A stretch of 64,000 nt of DNA from Savitreella phatthalungensis (lineage: Eukaryota), in assembly GCA_051599415.1 (NCBI GenBank), contig AP039706.1, forward strand, positions 186,001-250,000, written 5' to 3'. The first letter of the stretch is position 1. Each line of letters starts with the position of its first letter. The translations under genes were made by a program, and so were the position numbers. Positions 11,054 through 21,975 of the stretch are shown in pieces. The notes beneath the pieces were generated by a model. The model worked only from the letters and a program-made list of their open reading frames with translations. It made no database searches and was not told where the DNA came from.

Positions 11054-11542
11054 ATGTCCAACGTCTTCTTCAACGTCTCTGCTGGTGGCCAGTCGCTCGG
11101 CCGGATCGTTTTCCAGCTCCACGACAACGTGGTTCCAAAGACTGCCAAGAACTTCCGTGAGCTGTGCACGGGAGCACCTGGATTCGGCTACAAGGGATCG
11201 ATCTTCCACCGTGTGATCCCACAGTTCATGCTCCAGGGAGGTGACTTCACTCGTCACAACGGTACCGGCGGCAAGTCGATCTACGGCGAGAAGTTCGCAG
11301 ATGAGAACTTCCAGCTCCGTCACACCAAGCCTGGACTTCTCTCCATGGCTAACGCTGGACCCAACACCAACGGATCCCAGTTCTTCGTCACCACCGTCCC
11401 ATGCCCATGGCTCGACGGCAAGCACGTCGTCTTCGGAGAGGTCGTTGAGGGTCTCGACATTGTCAAGAAGATCGAGTCCTACGGGTCCGCATCTGGCACC
11501 ACCAAGACCAAGATCACCATCGACGACTGCGGCACCGTCTAA
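11054..11542 (+). CDS. CPR1: Cyclophilin A, peptidyl-prolyl cis-trans isomerase
   Basis: [42 protein letters not shown]; strong codon bias. Confidence 0.97.
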   Translation: MSNVFFNVSAGGQSLGRIVFQLHDNVVPKTAKNFRELCTGAPGFGYKGSIFHRVIPQFMLQGGDFTRHNGTGGKSIYGEKFADENFQLRHTKPGLLSMANAGPNTNGSQFFVTTVPCPWLDGKHVVFGEVVEGLDIVKKIESYGSASGTTKTKITIDDCGTV

Positions 11543-11762
11543 TCTAGTCTCAAAAATCTGTCCATCATAGACAAAACCTAAAAACAAGGCAAGTATTTTT
11601 GATTCCACATCTTGATTCTCCTCCTCGACCTCCTTCGTGCTGTGATGTGTAGTGCCAGCATGTATTCGTACGGTGCCACAGCAAATAGAGTGGAAAGTGC
11701 GAAAGCCCGAAGGGATACCGGCTCCGCACTTGAAAAGTGTTCGTGACGACACCGTGGTGGTT

Positions 11763-12869
11763 ATGCCGTCCCGGAGGGCGGCTGCAAGGCCAGTCTCGTA
11801 TGCCGAGGAGTCTGACAGTGAGGATGCGGGAGATGGTGGAAAAGCGGACGATGCTTCTGCGGGTGAAGACGCCGTGAGCGATGCGTCCGAGGACTTTGAA
11901 GAGGATGACGCCGCAGACGACCTCGACGCACAAGACGATGACGCCGACGACGATGGAAACTCGAAACCACCACCGCTCAAGAAGCGCAAGTCTCTCGGGA
12001 AATCATCTCGCTCAGGCGCAACCACTGGCGGAGAATACCTGATCAAGAAACTGGCAGAGCGATCTGCCGGCAAGACACCCTACCGCCGTGACACGATCCA
12101 CACCAACACGCTCCTATTCCTGCGTGAGCTAGCATCGCAGAACGACCGGGACTGGTTTGCTCAGAACGAGCTGCGGTACCGACAGGCGCGTGGAGATTTT
12201 GAGTCGTTTGTGGAGGCGTTTTCAGTGATGCTGCAGGAGGTTGACGATGAGATTCCTGCGCTGCCAGTGAAGGATCTGACGTTCAGGATCTACCGTGATA
12301 TTCGGTTCAGCAACGACCGAACGCCTTACAAGACACACATGTCAGCAGCACTCTCCCGCACAGGCAGAAAAGGCAACTACGCGTGCTACTACATCCATGT
12401 CGAGCCAAACGGCCTGACGCAACTGAACTGTGGTGTGTGGATGCCGGAGGCGGAGGATCTCCGCAAGATCAGGCGGTTTATTATGCGTCGGCCGGCCAAG
12501 TTGATGGAGGTCGTGGAGGGTGATGGGTTTGTGCAGTTTTTCGGTGGCAGGAAAGCAATCACGTCGACCGAGAATCAGCTCAAGACGGCACCAAAGGGAG
12601 TCGACAAGTCTCACAAGGATATTGATTTGCTCAAATGCAAGACGTTCAGAGTCAGAATGGACTTCTCCGATGAGGAGGCTACGTCTGCAGAATTCATGCA
12701 GATCCTCAGGGCGGTAGCTCAGGAAATGGTACCGTTTGTGAGACTGCTCAATAGTGTGCTGTTTCCAGCGGCCGGCGAGGAACACTTTTCCGAGAGCGAG
12801 GAGGAGGTTGAAGAGGAAGAGGATCAGGGGAACGAAAGCAATCACGAAGACGGTGAGGGCGATGAATAA
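11763..12869 (+). CDS. DUF2461 (TIGR02453-like) family protein with acidic disordered N-terminus
   Basis: FLRELASQNDRDWF, FRIYRDIRFSNDRTPYKTH, LKTAPKG motifs; first ATG at 11763. Confidence 0.88.
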   Translation: MPSRRAAARPVSYAEESDSEDAGDGGKADDASAGEDAVSDASEDFEEDDAADDLDAQDDDADDDGNSKPPPLKKRKSLGKSSRSGATTGGEYLIKKLAERSAGKTPYRRDTIHTNTLLFLRELASQNDRDWFAQNELRYRQARGDFESFVEAFSVMLQEVDDEIPALPVKDLTFRIYRDIRFSNDRTPYKTHMSAALSRTGRKGNYACYYIHVEPNGLTQLNCGVWMPEAEDLRKIRRFIMRRPAKLMEVVEGDGFVQFFGGRKAITSTENQLKTAPKGVDKSHKDIDLLKCKTFRVRMDFSDEEATSAEFMQILRAVAQEMVPFVRLLNSVLFPAAGEEHFSESEEEVEEEEDQGNESNHEDGEGDE

Positions 12870-12959
12870 AATTCGGCAACTCGGGACTAGGGCATCATAC
12901 TCGAGGTTTTGGCCTGTCGTCAGCGCGCGCTGTCCTCGGCAATTCCGCGGTTCTTGGAC

Positions 12960-13550
12960 TTACTGGAACTTGCGAGCATCAAAGAAATTGCCAGGTTGTT
13001 GTTCCACTCCTGTTTGGGGATTGAGGAATGTCGCTCGATCATCACAGAATTGTTCAAGGCGCGGCTTCAACACAGTCTCATGCAGGTGGAAGTCGTCAAC
13101 AGTACCCACTCTGAGGACCGCACTGCCTGGGAAACCAGCGCCGATCCGGTACATGAGCGATCCGCACTTTGAGCAGAAGTAGTTGGCCATCTCGAAACCA
13201 GAAGCAATGGTCTTCGATTGGGCAAACTTGGTCAGCAGTTCCTGGCCACGCAAGTGCTTCACCTGGTCAAACTTGACGATGAAGTTTGTTGCAAACAGGC
13301 TGGCCGTGATCTTGCGGCAATCGGTGCAGTGACACACAAAAGTGTCACCGAGTCCAGGCTTCTTTGTCGGCTGTGAGTACGGTCAGTGTAAATTCTTCTT
13401 GGGCAATCGGTGTGTGCAAGGGAGCGCGCGTACGAAGGAGATTTGAACGGCGCCGCAGTAGCACGTTGCTGTACCCCGGTCAGCAGAGTTCTCAGGGCCA
13501 TCGCCGCCGAGTGGGAAGTGAGATCCGGCTTTGCTCTTTTCTCCAGACAT
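12960..13550 (-). CDS. GFA/CENP-V family (Mss4-like) zinc protein, 175 aa, 2 exons (13434-13550, 12960-13370)
   Basis: Splicing a 63-nt intron (13371-13433; GTACGC...CTGAC...CAG) joins ATCYCGAVQISF to PTKKPGLGDTFVCHCTDCRK...YFCSKCGS, the CxC/CxCxxC/CxxC pattern of GFA proteins. Confidence 0.9.
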
Positions 13551-14274
13551 GGTTCGAGGTGTTTCAGATCAATGAAGCGTGATTCGGGGGTTCGGTCAAA
13601 GACTTTTGATGGCCGGTGCGAGCAGGATTCAAGCGGTTACTCTTAGTGTCTCTCGGGCGAGCATACAGGGTGCATAGCCGATCTACGTCACTCCCTGGCT
13701 GCACGATCTACACCGGGAGCGGAAATGTGCGGTGAAAGAGCATCAGTTGAAATTCCGGGGAAGTTGAGCGGAGATACATGTAGCACTGCCGTCATCTCGG
13801 CTGATATTGACAAATCACACTACAAACTACCAGCCTGTCACACGTGGACCTCAATGATTGACAAACAGTCGAGAGCACTCGACCACGGGAGGTCTGGGAG
13901 AAATTATGGCGCGTAAGCCACACATCACATGGGACTTTAAATTTACGCCACAATCGCTCCAGAGAATACTGAAATCTGTGCATTGAGTTGATTCCTCTAG
14001 CAGAATCATTAATGGACGAAATTTGATACGATGAGTCTGACAATCATGTGCATCTCACAAGCTCTACCTCATTGTGCTGTTCCATCGAAGCGTGCGAAAG
14101 ATCAAATTGCTCTCAGTTCTACTTGCACCAATATTCTGTATTGGAGGAAGCGAGAGAATCAGTGAGACTCTCGATTGAGCTTGGGAGAGTGAGAGAGTAA
14201 GCCAGAGTAAGCCAGGGAGTGAGTGCAGTGCAGTAGGCCACAGAGACCCAGAGTCAGTGATGCAGTGGAACGAA

Positions 14275-14430
14275 TGTGTGTGTGTGCGTGTGTGTGTCTG
14301 TGCGTCTGTGCAGAGACTCTCTACCTCTCTCTCTCTATTCTCTGCCTGTGTGTGAGTGTGCAGTGCAGGACTCTGTATCATCGTGTCAGCTAGTAGGCTT
14401 CCTACCAAGGCCACACACACACACACACAC
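14275..14430. repeat. (TG)n tract at 14275-14297 and (CA)n tract at 14412-14430 in the GFA/RPL20 divergent promoter
   Basis: Directly visible dinucleotide microsatellites in opposite orientation. Confidence 0.85.
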
Positions 14431-14667
14431 CTACACACTCGCTCTCACACCTAGCCTCTCACACATACACTTCTCTCTTACTAGCTAGGCAGCCCAGCAA
14501 ACTACCTTGCTAGTCAGCCAGTCAATCACTCACTCCCGTAACCAGTCTACCGAGCACAGGCCTCTCTACCACACCTCTACACTCTACCGCGTCCTGACCG
14601 TCTGCACTAGTTCAAAACTTCATCAACAGCTACAAAACACCTCTCATCACCCTCACCACAAACGACC

Positions 14668-15201
14668 ATGTACAACCGTCTGGCAGAATACCAGGTGGTC
14701 GGGCGCAAGCTCCCGTCCGAGAAGGAGCCAGTGCCAAAGCTCTACCGGATGCGCCTGTTTGCACCAAACGATGTCGTCGCAAAGTCGCGCTTCTGGTACT
14801 TCATCAAGCAGATGCGTAAGCTCAAGAAGGCTTCTGGCGAGATTGTTGCATGCGACCTCATCCTCGAGAAGCGCCCGCTGAAGGTGAAGAACTTTGGCGT
14901 CTGGCTCCGTTACGACTCCCGCTCGGGAACACACAACATGTACAAGGAGTACCGTGGCATGTCCCGCGTCGAGGCTGTCGAGCAGATGTACGCAGACATG
15001 GCAGCCCGTCACCGTTCCCGCTTCAGGAACGTCCACATCCTCAAGGTCGTCGAGCTGGAGAAGAACGCAGACGTCAAGCGTCCTTACATCCGTCAACTCC
15101 TCGACCCCAAGCTCCGCTTCCCTCTTCCGTCCCGTCTGCCAAAGTCCGCAGGAGCAGGCAAGAAGGTCTTCGCAGCCAACAGGCCTTCCACCTGGTACTA
15201 A
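14668..15201 (+). CDS. RPL20: 60S ribosomal protein L20 (eL20/L18a)
   Basis: [51 protein letters not shown]. Confidence 0.97.
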   Translation: MYNRLAEYQVVGRKLPSEKEPVPKLYRMRLFAPNDVVAKSRFWYFIKQMRKLKKASGEIVACDLILEKRPLKVKNFGVWLRYDSRSGTHNMYKEYRGMSRVEAVEQMYADMAARHRSRFRNVHILKVVELEKNADVKRPYIRQLLDPKLRFPLPSRLPKSAGAGKKVFAANRPSTWY

Positions 15202-15543
15202 GCTTGCCTTTTACTCCCACTTCACAGAGGAAAAAAGAACTGCACGGAGCAACCAAGAAGACATGCAAAAGTTCTCGCTTCAGTCAGCCATCTTCTCTCT
15301 GTCATTACACGATAACCCGCAAACACAAATGCATTCAATGAGGTACGTCTTGTCTATCATCTACTCGTCTTGCCTTTGTCTCCCTCTTTGAGCCCTCCTT
15401 TCTCCTATCCTTTGCGCCCGGTATATGCCCTTCATTGCTTTTTCAAAACACGTGCTTTGTACCTCATGACGTTTCTCCTGTGAATGAGTAAATCAAGACC
15501 TGCCTTCAGCAGCACGACATTGATGGGTATGCCCGATAGATGA

Positions 15544-16710
15544 ATGCTGCTAGGCCGAGTGAGATGTCCGGGAAGCTGCAGGCTATGGACGCGTGCCAGC
15601 TCTCAGGCAGCACAAGCTATTCGACAGGAACAGCCGCGTGAAAGAATCGCACCGGAGCGTGCACTCTCGGATGCACCATCGAAGCCTCGGAAGGTGATTC
15701 AGCGGCCACGACTCGTCAACTCGCGGACGACAGGCACCCAGACTTCTACCGATTCTGAACAACGTCCTCAACGGAACAAGCAACGGAAGATCAAGAATTC
15801 TCGGAGTGCCGGGCCGCAGCCGCATGAGAAGCCCAGCTCGGGGCCCGCAGACACGCAAGAGGAGAAGGAGTCTACTGTACTGGAGCTCGCGTTGAGACGT
15901 ATGGCAGCTCAACGTCGCGTCGACCCAGTCGAACCTTCTGCGGTGAGCACGACCGAGAAATCAGGTCCCGCTGGCGCGACTTCATCCCACATGCTCGGAC
16001 TGTACCGGACGAGCGACTTTGCTCCTCGACGGATAGGCGTGTCGCGTGCAGACACTGAGTCGGATTTCCCATACGATCTGTCGCTCAAGTTTGCGCAGAC
16101 GCGGCCGGGCCGGTACGGTCTCTATGTCGGTGATGGTGCAGCCAAGCTGCCGTCCCCTGGTCTCAAGCCGGACTACAGGCCTGCGATACCACCCCTGGGA
16201 CCTCCCACTGCGCGTGGCCGAGAAGCCAAACAGCGGCAGCAATTGGCTCAAGCTGATGTCCAGTGCACAACAGCCGAAGGCGGATCTGATATCACAAACG
16301 CCCTCTTCATCGGACATCTCACAACGATCATGGTCTTCCCGTTCGATCACTCGAGCTACAATGATGACGGGCAAAGTTTCATGCTCGACAAATCACGCCT
16401 GAAAGTCTCGACAAGATCGGTGGTTGCGTCGCTGCCTGGGAATGTGGTCATCAAGTCGTTGATCCTGCTGGACGACTTTGAGCGACTACTCTGCGGGAAG
16501 AGCTCCGGAGAGACATCTGTCGCTACGGATGTCGAGGCTCTTGCTGCAAAGTATCTAAGATCAAGGTTTCCAGTGTCTGGCAGAGAGCTCTACGTCGCTC
16601 ATGCATTGCCACATCTCTTTGACGCTATGGATCTTGCTAGACTTCGGATTCCAAGGAAGAACAGACCGCCGCTGCCGGTGGTTGACTGGCCATCCAAGTC
16701 AGACTCTTAG
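15544..16710 (+). CDS. Hypothetical protein (388 aa), possible mitochondrial presequence
   Basis: ATG-initiated ORF filling the intergenic gap; Arg/Ser/Leu-rich, acid-free N-terminus. Confidence 0.65.
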   Translation: MLLGRVRCPGSCRLWTRASSQAAQAIRQEQPRERIAPERALSDAPSKPRKVIQRPRLVNSRTTGTQTSTDSEQRPQRNKQRKIKNSRSAGPQPHEKPSSGPADTQEEKESTVLELALRRMAAQRRVDPVEPSAVSTTEKSGPAGATSSHMLGLYRTSDFAPRRIGVSRADTESDFPYDLSLKFAQTRPGRYGLYVGDGAAKLPSPGLKPDYRPAIPPLGPPTARGREAKQRQQLAQADVQCTTAEGGSDITNALFIGHLTTIMVFPFDHSSYNDDGQSFMLDKSRLKVSTRSVVASLPGNVVIKSLILLDDFERLLCGKSSGETSVATDVEALAAKYLRSRFPVSGRELYVAHALPHLFDAMDLARLRIPRKNRPPLPVVDWPSKSDS

Positions 16711-17061
16711 TCAAATATGTGTACTTATTATGTAGCCAGTAGAGAACCCCAATTACGCGAGGACGACTATCATCATCGGGACCTGACGGCACTATGTGTT
16801 GCAACATCCCCGGGAGACTGTACTCCCCTCATGATGTGCATTGCAGAGGCCCAACACGTGAGCGATCAGTTCAACCTGATTTCCTTGCATGTGGAGCGAA
16901 AGTTCAACGGGAAACACTATCACGGAAATAAGCCAAGGCACGCGCGAGACTCTCTTTCCTACCGCACACGCGTGGCCATCAAGTCCCTATCAAGTCAATA
17001 GAGGACTTTTGGGTCAATCAAGTCACTCGTTACCTCTTCTTTTCTCGATCTTTCAATCAAG

Positions 17062-18582
17062 ATGGATCCAGGATTCAAGTACATCAAGACGCCAGCGGCC
17101 AAGTCGCGTGAAGTCTCTTCCAAGGACTGCGGTATCCGGACGACCGCTTACCCAACCATCAAGAACGCCCCACTTCCGGCCGATGGTCCTGGCTCTCACT
17201 CGTGGAGCAACCTGCTGATGATTGGCGTTCTCGTCGCCCTGCCGACGTACATCACGTACAAGCTCGGGATGGGCAAATGGACTTGGCTTGTGCTGTTTGC
17301 GGTGATGGCGGTGCCCCAGCTCGCTGGGTTCTGGTGGGTCAACTCTACCTTCGGTCCTCGCCTCAACAACAAGGTGACGTACCCCGGCAAGCCGGTCGAG
17401 TCGTACCTGACATTCAAGGACCCCGAGCTGGCGCGCAAGTACGCCGGCACGTCCAAGATCCCACTCGAGACTTTCCAGGAGCTGTTCATCGAGGGCAAGG
17501 TGGAGGTGAAGGGCGACATGCTGGACGTGCTCGAGTATAGGCACGATTGGGCGACGTTTGCGTTCACCATCTCGTTGTTCAAGTTCTTCTTGTTCGGGAT
17601 GCTGCCTGAGGTCATCATCCACTCGCGTTCTCAGGACGAGGAGCAGGTTCGAGACCACTACGACCGGGGCGATGACTTCTACGGCTGGTTCCTCGGGCCG
17701 AGAATGGTCTACACCTCTGGCATCATCAACGACATCAACCAGGAGGAGTCTCTCGAGCAGATGCAGGACAACAAGATGCGCGTCATCTGTGAGAAGATTG
17801 GTCTCAAGCAGGGTGACACCATGCTCGACATTGGCTGTGGTTGGGGAACGCTCTCGGCCTTCGCCTCGCAGGAGTACGGAGCCAAGGTCGTCGGAGCCAC
17901 CCTCGGTCGCAACCAGACAAAGTGGGGCAACGATGCACTTCAGAAGCTTGGTCAGTCTCAGAGTAAGATTGTCTGCATGGACTACCGTGATATCGCCATT
18001 CCAGAAGGCGGCTACGACAAGATTACGTGTGTAGAGATGGCAGAGCACGTGGGTGTCCGCCACTTCTCCGGCTTCCTCACCCAGGTTTCAAACACGCTTT
18101 CCGACGACGGCGTGCTGTACATGCAGGTCGCAGGTCTACGAAAGCCTTGGCAGTTTGAGGACTTGGTCTGGGGACTTTTCATGAACAAGTACATCTTCCC
18201 CGGCGCAGACGCCTCCACCCCGCTCGCCTTCTACATCTCCTCCCTAGAGTCTGCCGGTTTTGAGATCGAGAGCGTCGACAACGTCGGCGTCCACTACTCC
18301 GCCACGCTTTGGCGGTGGTACCGGAACTGGCTCGGCAACAAGGACGCCTGCATGGCCAAGTACGGTAGCAGGTGGTACCGGATCTGGGAGCTCTTCCTCG
18401 CCTGGTCGACCGTCGTCGCTCGCCAAGGCGGAGCAACCTGCTGGCAGATCGTCTGCCGCAAAAACATCAACTCCTTCCACCGCATCGACCGCCAGCCCGT
18501 CCAGCACGGCCTCAAGGTCCCATCGAATGGCGCCAACGCCTGGAAGGGATTCCCATACGCCGATGGCGTTGTGGCCAAGTAA
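17062..18582 (+). CDS. MTS1: Sphingolipid (glucosylceramide) C9-methyltransferase, cyclopropane fatty acid synthase family
   Basis: PLPADGPGS plus two TM helices, QVRDHYDRGDDFY, SAM motif LDIGCGWG, ITCVEMAEHVG, FMNKYIFPG. Confidence 0.92.
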   Translation: MDPGFKYIKTPAAKSREVSSKDCGIRTTAYPTIKNAPLPADGPGSHSWSNLLMIGVLVALPTYITYKLGMGKWTWLVLFAVMAVPQLAGFWWVNSTFGPRLNNKVTYPGKPVESYLTFKDPELARKYAGTSKIPLETFQELFIEGKVEVKGDMLDVLEYRHDWATFAFTISLFKFFLFGMLPEVIIHSRSQDEEQVRDHYDRGDDFYGWFLGPRMVYTSGIINDINQEESLEQMQDNKMRVICEKIGLKQGDTMLDIGCGWGTLSAFASQEYGAKVVGATLGRNQTKWGNDALQKLGQSQSKIVCMDYRDIAIPEGGYDKITCVEMAEHVGVRHFSGFLTQVSNTLSDDGVLYMQVAGLRKPWQFEDLVWGLFMNKYIFPGADASTPLAFYISSLESAGFEIESVDNVGVHYSATLWRWYRNWLGNKDACMAKYGSRWYRIWELFLAWSTVVARQGGATCWQIVCRKNINSFHRIDRQPVQHGLKVPSNGANAWKGFPYADGVVAK

Positions 18583-18744
18583 GTACCGCATACCGTGGAG
18601 GAAATCTCCCTTTCTTCCACAGAAACTCCATAGACCTTGTATGCGCCAGCAATTTGTCGACAACAAAAGTAAGATGTGTAGCCAAGCCCATAGCTATCAT
18701 AATCATCTCCTTCCTCTTCTTTTCCACTTCCCCTTGTTCTTTAA

Positions 18745-19335
18745 TTACATGAGCAGATCTGGCAGACGCTCGCACTTGATGACGTGGTTGCCGACGTAGA
18801 GGATCGGTACGCCTGGAATTCTCCGAATGCGCTGCTTGAGCTGTGCGTCGTTTGAGGCGACGAGGTAGCACCTGTTCTGTAGACACCTATCGACGAGGCA
18901 GTCGTCAGCGTACGTGCCCTTGTGGTCGCACGTGAGTCGCTCGAACCGGGGGTCCTTCGCAGTCTGCAGCGCCAGTCGGAACTTCGACCCGAGCGTCTCC
19001 AACTCAGCAAGCACGCAGTCCGTCACACATGGAATACACATCGCCAGCAAGCAGTCCATCAGACCTCTCACGACGTCCAGCTTGTTCTTGATGCAGAAGT
19101 TGATGAAGTTGGTGTCGATGAGGACGCGGTAGGGTGGGTGGAGCGCGTCGTTGTAGTTGAAGAAGAGGGAGGAGGCGACTTGTGGGATGACCACCTTCCG
19201 CGCAGCCTTCTCGTCCTCCCGCTTCTGACGCTCAGCCGCAGCGAGCGCCGTCGATGATTTCTGAAGGCGAGCGTCCTTTGGTGTGATCAGACGCTTTGTC
19301 GCGGCAAACTTCCGCGTCTGCTTCGCTTTACCCAT
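18745..19335 (-). CDS. FCF1: rRNA-processing PIN-domain protein Fcf1/Utp24
   Basis: MGKAKQTRKFA start (ATG 19335), PPYRVLIDTNFINF, HKGTYADDCLV. Confidence 0.95.
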   Translation of the reverse strand: MGKAKQTRKFAATKRLITPKDARLQKSSTALAAAERQKREDEKAARKVVIPQVASSLFFNYNDALHPPYRVLIDTNFINFCIKNKLDVVRGLMDCLLAMCIPCVTDCVLAELETLGSKFRLALQTAKDPRFERLTCDHKGTYADDCLVDRCLQNRCYLVASNDAQLKQRIRRIPGVPILYVGNHVIKCERLPDLLM

Positions 19336-19602
19336 CCCAGCGATGACTTCTGAGCACCTTGTCAACCCCTGGAACACTAATGAAGGAGGGGATCAATCTC
19401 GAGGATGTTGTACGGCGTGGATGGTTTTGGACGTTGCGTACCTGATTGATCAATTCATGGACGGTGATTTACTCCGGATGAATGCATACATAATCACAGG
19501 CTGGAAATGAACGACTTCTATCCGCCACAATTCACACACCGCAGGTGCGTGGTAACTCAAGAAATGCAGATTAATGCTGAAGGGGTATCGTGATGAGTGT
19601 GT

Positions 19603-21600
19603 CTATAGTTCACCGGCAGCCCTCAAGACTTCCTCGTCAGTTAATGTCTTGAGAAGCTCGTCCATCTTCTGCTTCTGGATGCGTGAAGCTTCTTTGGCGT
19701 TCTTTCCTTGACCTAGGGCCCTCGCTCTGACTTCGAGAGCCGCTCGCCGGATCTGCTTCATTTTCAACTCCCTTATGTGCTCGGGATCGACGACCTTGCG
19801 AGACGAGCCTGCGGTCTCTGCAGAGTCCACGGCTGCGCCTGCGAGCTTGTCTGCTGTGGTGTCCTTAGGCCGCCAGTTGCCGATGATCGGGAGTGGGTGG
19901 GCTTCGGTGTTGAAGATCTCCTTTTCGAGGTTGTACGGGCTGCCGAAGGTGAGGTAGAGGTATTTGAGCGTCTCCGCGAGCCAGAATGACTCCATGTTGT
20001 CGCGCTGCGGTGGAGGGATTTGGAGGACGCTGTCGAGAGACGTATAGCCGCCGTCATCAGCCACCCGCATCCACCGCTCCATCGCCACGTAGATCTGCCA
20101 TGACCACTGACGATACTTCTCCTCGCCCGTGATTGTCCATAGCATGAACAACGACTCGACCGTTTCCGGCCGCATGAGGTTGTGTGCATCTGCTGGCTCG
20201 ATCGAGATGTCAGGCAGGTCAGTCGTGGTGCCAGGATGGGCTGGGTCCATGCGGAAGTATGCGATCTCGGGAGCGAGGCCTGACACTGTGGCATTATACA
20301 TCTCGAAGCAGGAGCGTGTCAGCTCCTCTGCAAGCGCGAGATTTTCATCATGCGAACGTGTCCACCACGCTTCGTGGCGGGCGCGGGATGCAGTCTTGCC
20401 TCGCGTGGTGGCAAGCGCGATAGTTCCTGGAAGGAAGCACACGAGGTGATCCATTTTTCCTGTCAATAGACCATCGACGCCGTCCGGCAGCTCTCCGACA
20501 AAGGACAGCTTGTTCGGCTCGGTCTGCCGGACGAGATAGTGTTTGATGCCAGCGAGCGCTGTGTCCCACTCCTGTTCGTATGTTTCGTCGCCAAACATGA
20601 GCCACTGCTTTGCGAGATACTCGTAGTATGAGTCTCCGCGCGAGCCTAGCCGCGTCAAGTGACCACGCCACTCGCCCGTCTCCGGGTAGATGAAGATCGG
20701 CACAAGGCCACCAGTCTGTGGGCGCTGACGAACGACTTCCATGACGCGCTCTGCAGCGTCACCATAAGCTGCATTGCCTGAAAGATATGATAGATACTTC
20801 ATCTCGAGCTGGAGCGACGTCACCTCGGCCGTACTTGATGCACCACCGTCGTCGTGCGATTCCAATGGAACGCCTGAATGCAGGTTTATACTGGCGGTAG
20901 GGATGCCTGTGGCGGTCTTGTACGCGGGCAGCAATCGGTTTCCAAGATCAAGCGCCTTGTTGAGGTAAGCATTGTCGTTCGTGAGATGATATGCAGACAG
21001 GAGGCCTCCGAGCATGCGGATGGTGGTCTCGAACACGTTGACGTCGTGGTCAGTGTCATATGTCAGCGTGTTGATGACCCAGTCTCGAGCAATCGCCAAC
21101 TCGTCCTTCAGCCCCATCAACGCGAGTGTATCGAGGCTGTCAACAATGATCCAGCCGAGTCCACCGTCGACCATAAACCGCGAACCTTTCGTGCGCGGGT
21201 AGAACTCGTCCTTGCCCCACGCACTAACTTTGTACGCCGACCAGCTCTGGGAGAAGGTGTCCCTGATCTTGGCCTGCTTCTGTGTTGGTGTAAGGGAGGT
21301 ATAGCCATTGCGCCGTGGATCGCGTAGCCGTGCAATGAATGTCTCGTCAGAATCGTCTCCTGCGTCGACCGCCGTTGCCGCTGTGGGTGTCTTGTGTCCG
21401 AAGTATGGTAATACGAAGTATGCGACGATTATGAAGAATCCCAAGAGGACGAAGAAGCGACGCCGCCGGTAGAACTTTGGCCTAATCCGTGGAACGCCGC
21501 CGTAAAAGGGTCTTTCTTTCTTCGCGTACCAGGATTTGGGCTCACTGTCCCTGCGTGTTCTGTATCTCGCAGGGATGCCTTGCATCGAGAAGGACGACAT
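19603..21600 (-). CDS. MNS1: ER alpha-1,2-mannosidase, GH47, type II membrane protein
   Basis: N-terminal TM, IVDSLDTL, VFETTIRMLGGLLSAY, GDSYYEYL, MDHLVCF, RPETVES, ESFWLAETLKY, NTEAHP. Confidence 0.95.
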   Translation of the reverse strand: MSSFSMQGIPARYRTRRDSEPKSWYAKKERPFYGGVPRIRPKFYRRRRFFVLLGFFIIVAYFVLPYFGHKTPTAATAVDAGDDSDETFIARLRDPRRNGYTSLTPTQKQAKIRDTFSQSWSAYKVSAWGKDEFYPRTKGSRFMVDGGLGWIIVDSLDTLALMGLKDELAIARDWVINTLTYDTDHDVNVFETTIRMLGGLLSAYHLTNDNAYLNKALDLGNRLLPAYKTATGIPTASINLHSGVPLESHDDGGASSTAEVTSLQLEMKYLSYLSGNAAYGDAAERVMEVVRQRPQTGGLVPIFIYPETGEWRGHLTRLGSRGDSYYEYLAKQWLMFGDETYEQEWDTALAGIKHYLVRQTEPNKLSFVGELPDGVDGLLTGKMDHLVCFLPGTIALATTRGKTASRARHEAWWTRSHDENLALAEELTRSCFEMYNATVSGLAPEIAYFRMDPAHPGTTTDLPDISIEPADAHNLMRPETVESLFMLWTITGEEKYRQWSWQIYVAMERWMRVADDGGYTSLDSVLQIPPPQRDNMESFWLAETLKYLYLTFGSPYNLEKEIFNTEAHPLPIIGNWRPKDTTADKLAGAAVDSAETAGSSRKVVDPEHIRELKMKQIRRAALEVRARALGQGKNAKEASRIQKQKMDELLKTLTDEEVLRAAGEL

Positions 21601-21660
21601 GATCCTCGCAGCCTACTAGTGTTCCCTCAAAGATTGCAGTGGCCACTCCGCAACCCCACT

Positions 21661-21690
21661 GTCACGTCTCGTCAAGTCTCGTCACGTCTT
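21661..21690. repeat. 10-bp tandem repeat x3 (GTCACGTCTC-like) upstream of MNS1
   Basis: gtcacgtctc gtcaagtctc gtcacgtctt. Confidence 0.7.
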
Positions 21691-21975
21691 TGTCCTCTCT
21701 ACGTTTGGACGACGCGGTCAAAAGTTATGATTCGTTATTGATCTTGGTTGAAGCTATAATTAGCGCATCTGGTAGTGGCTCTGCTCTGACTTCAGCTATA
21801 TATACATAAGTGACTCGTCCGTTGTGTCTAAGCAGTCGTCCGCAGTGTGATGCTCTTGATGATATTTACAATGTCAATGTCTTGCCCTCTCGTGCACAGT
21901 TGTGTCTGCAGAGTCTTTAGCTGCGTAGGCTGATTGGGAAACGTACGACTGTGCATGCTCGTTTTTGCCCTTTCA

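Noticed and set aside
10997..12073. Long antisense ORFs over real genes (also 17053-18063, 40960-42051, 42139-42906, 60843-61763)
   Set aside because: Shadow ORFs caused by the strong codon bias of the sense genes; no independent protein features.
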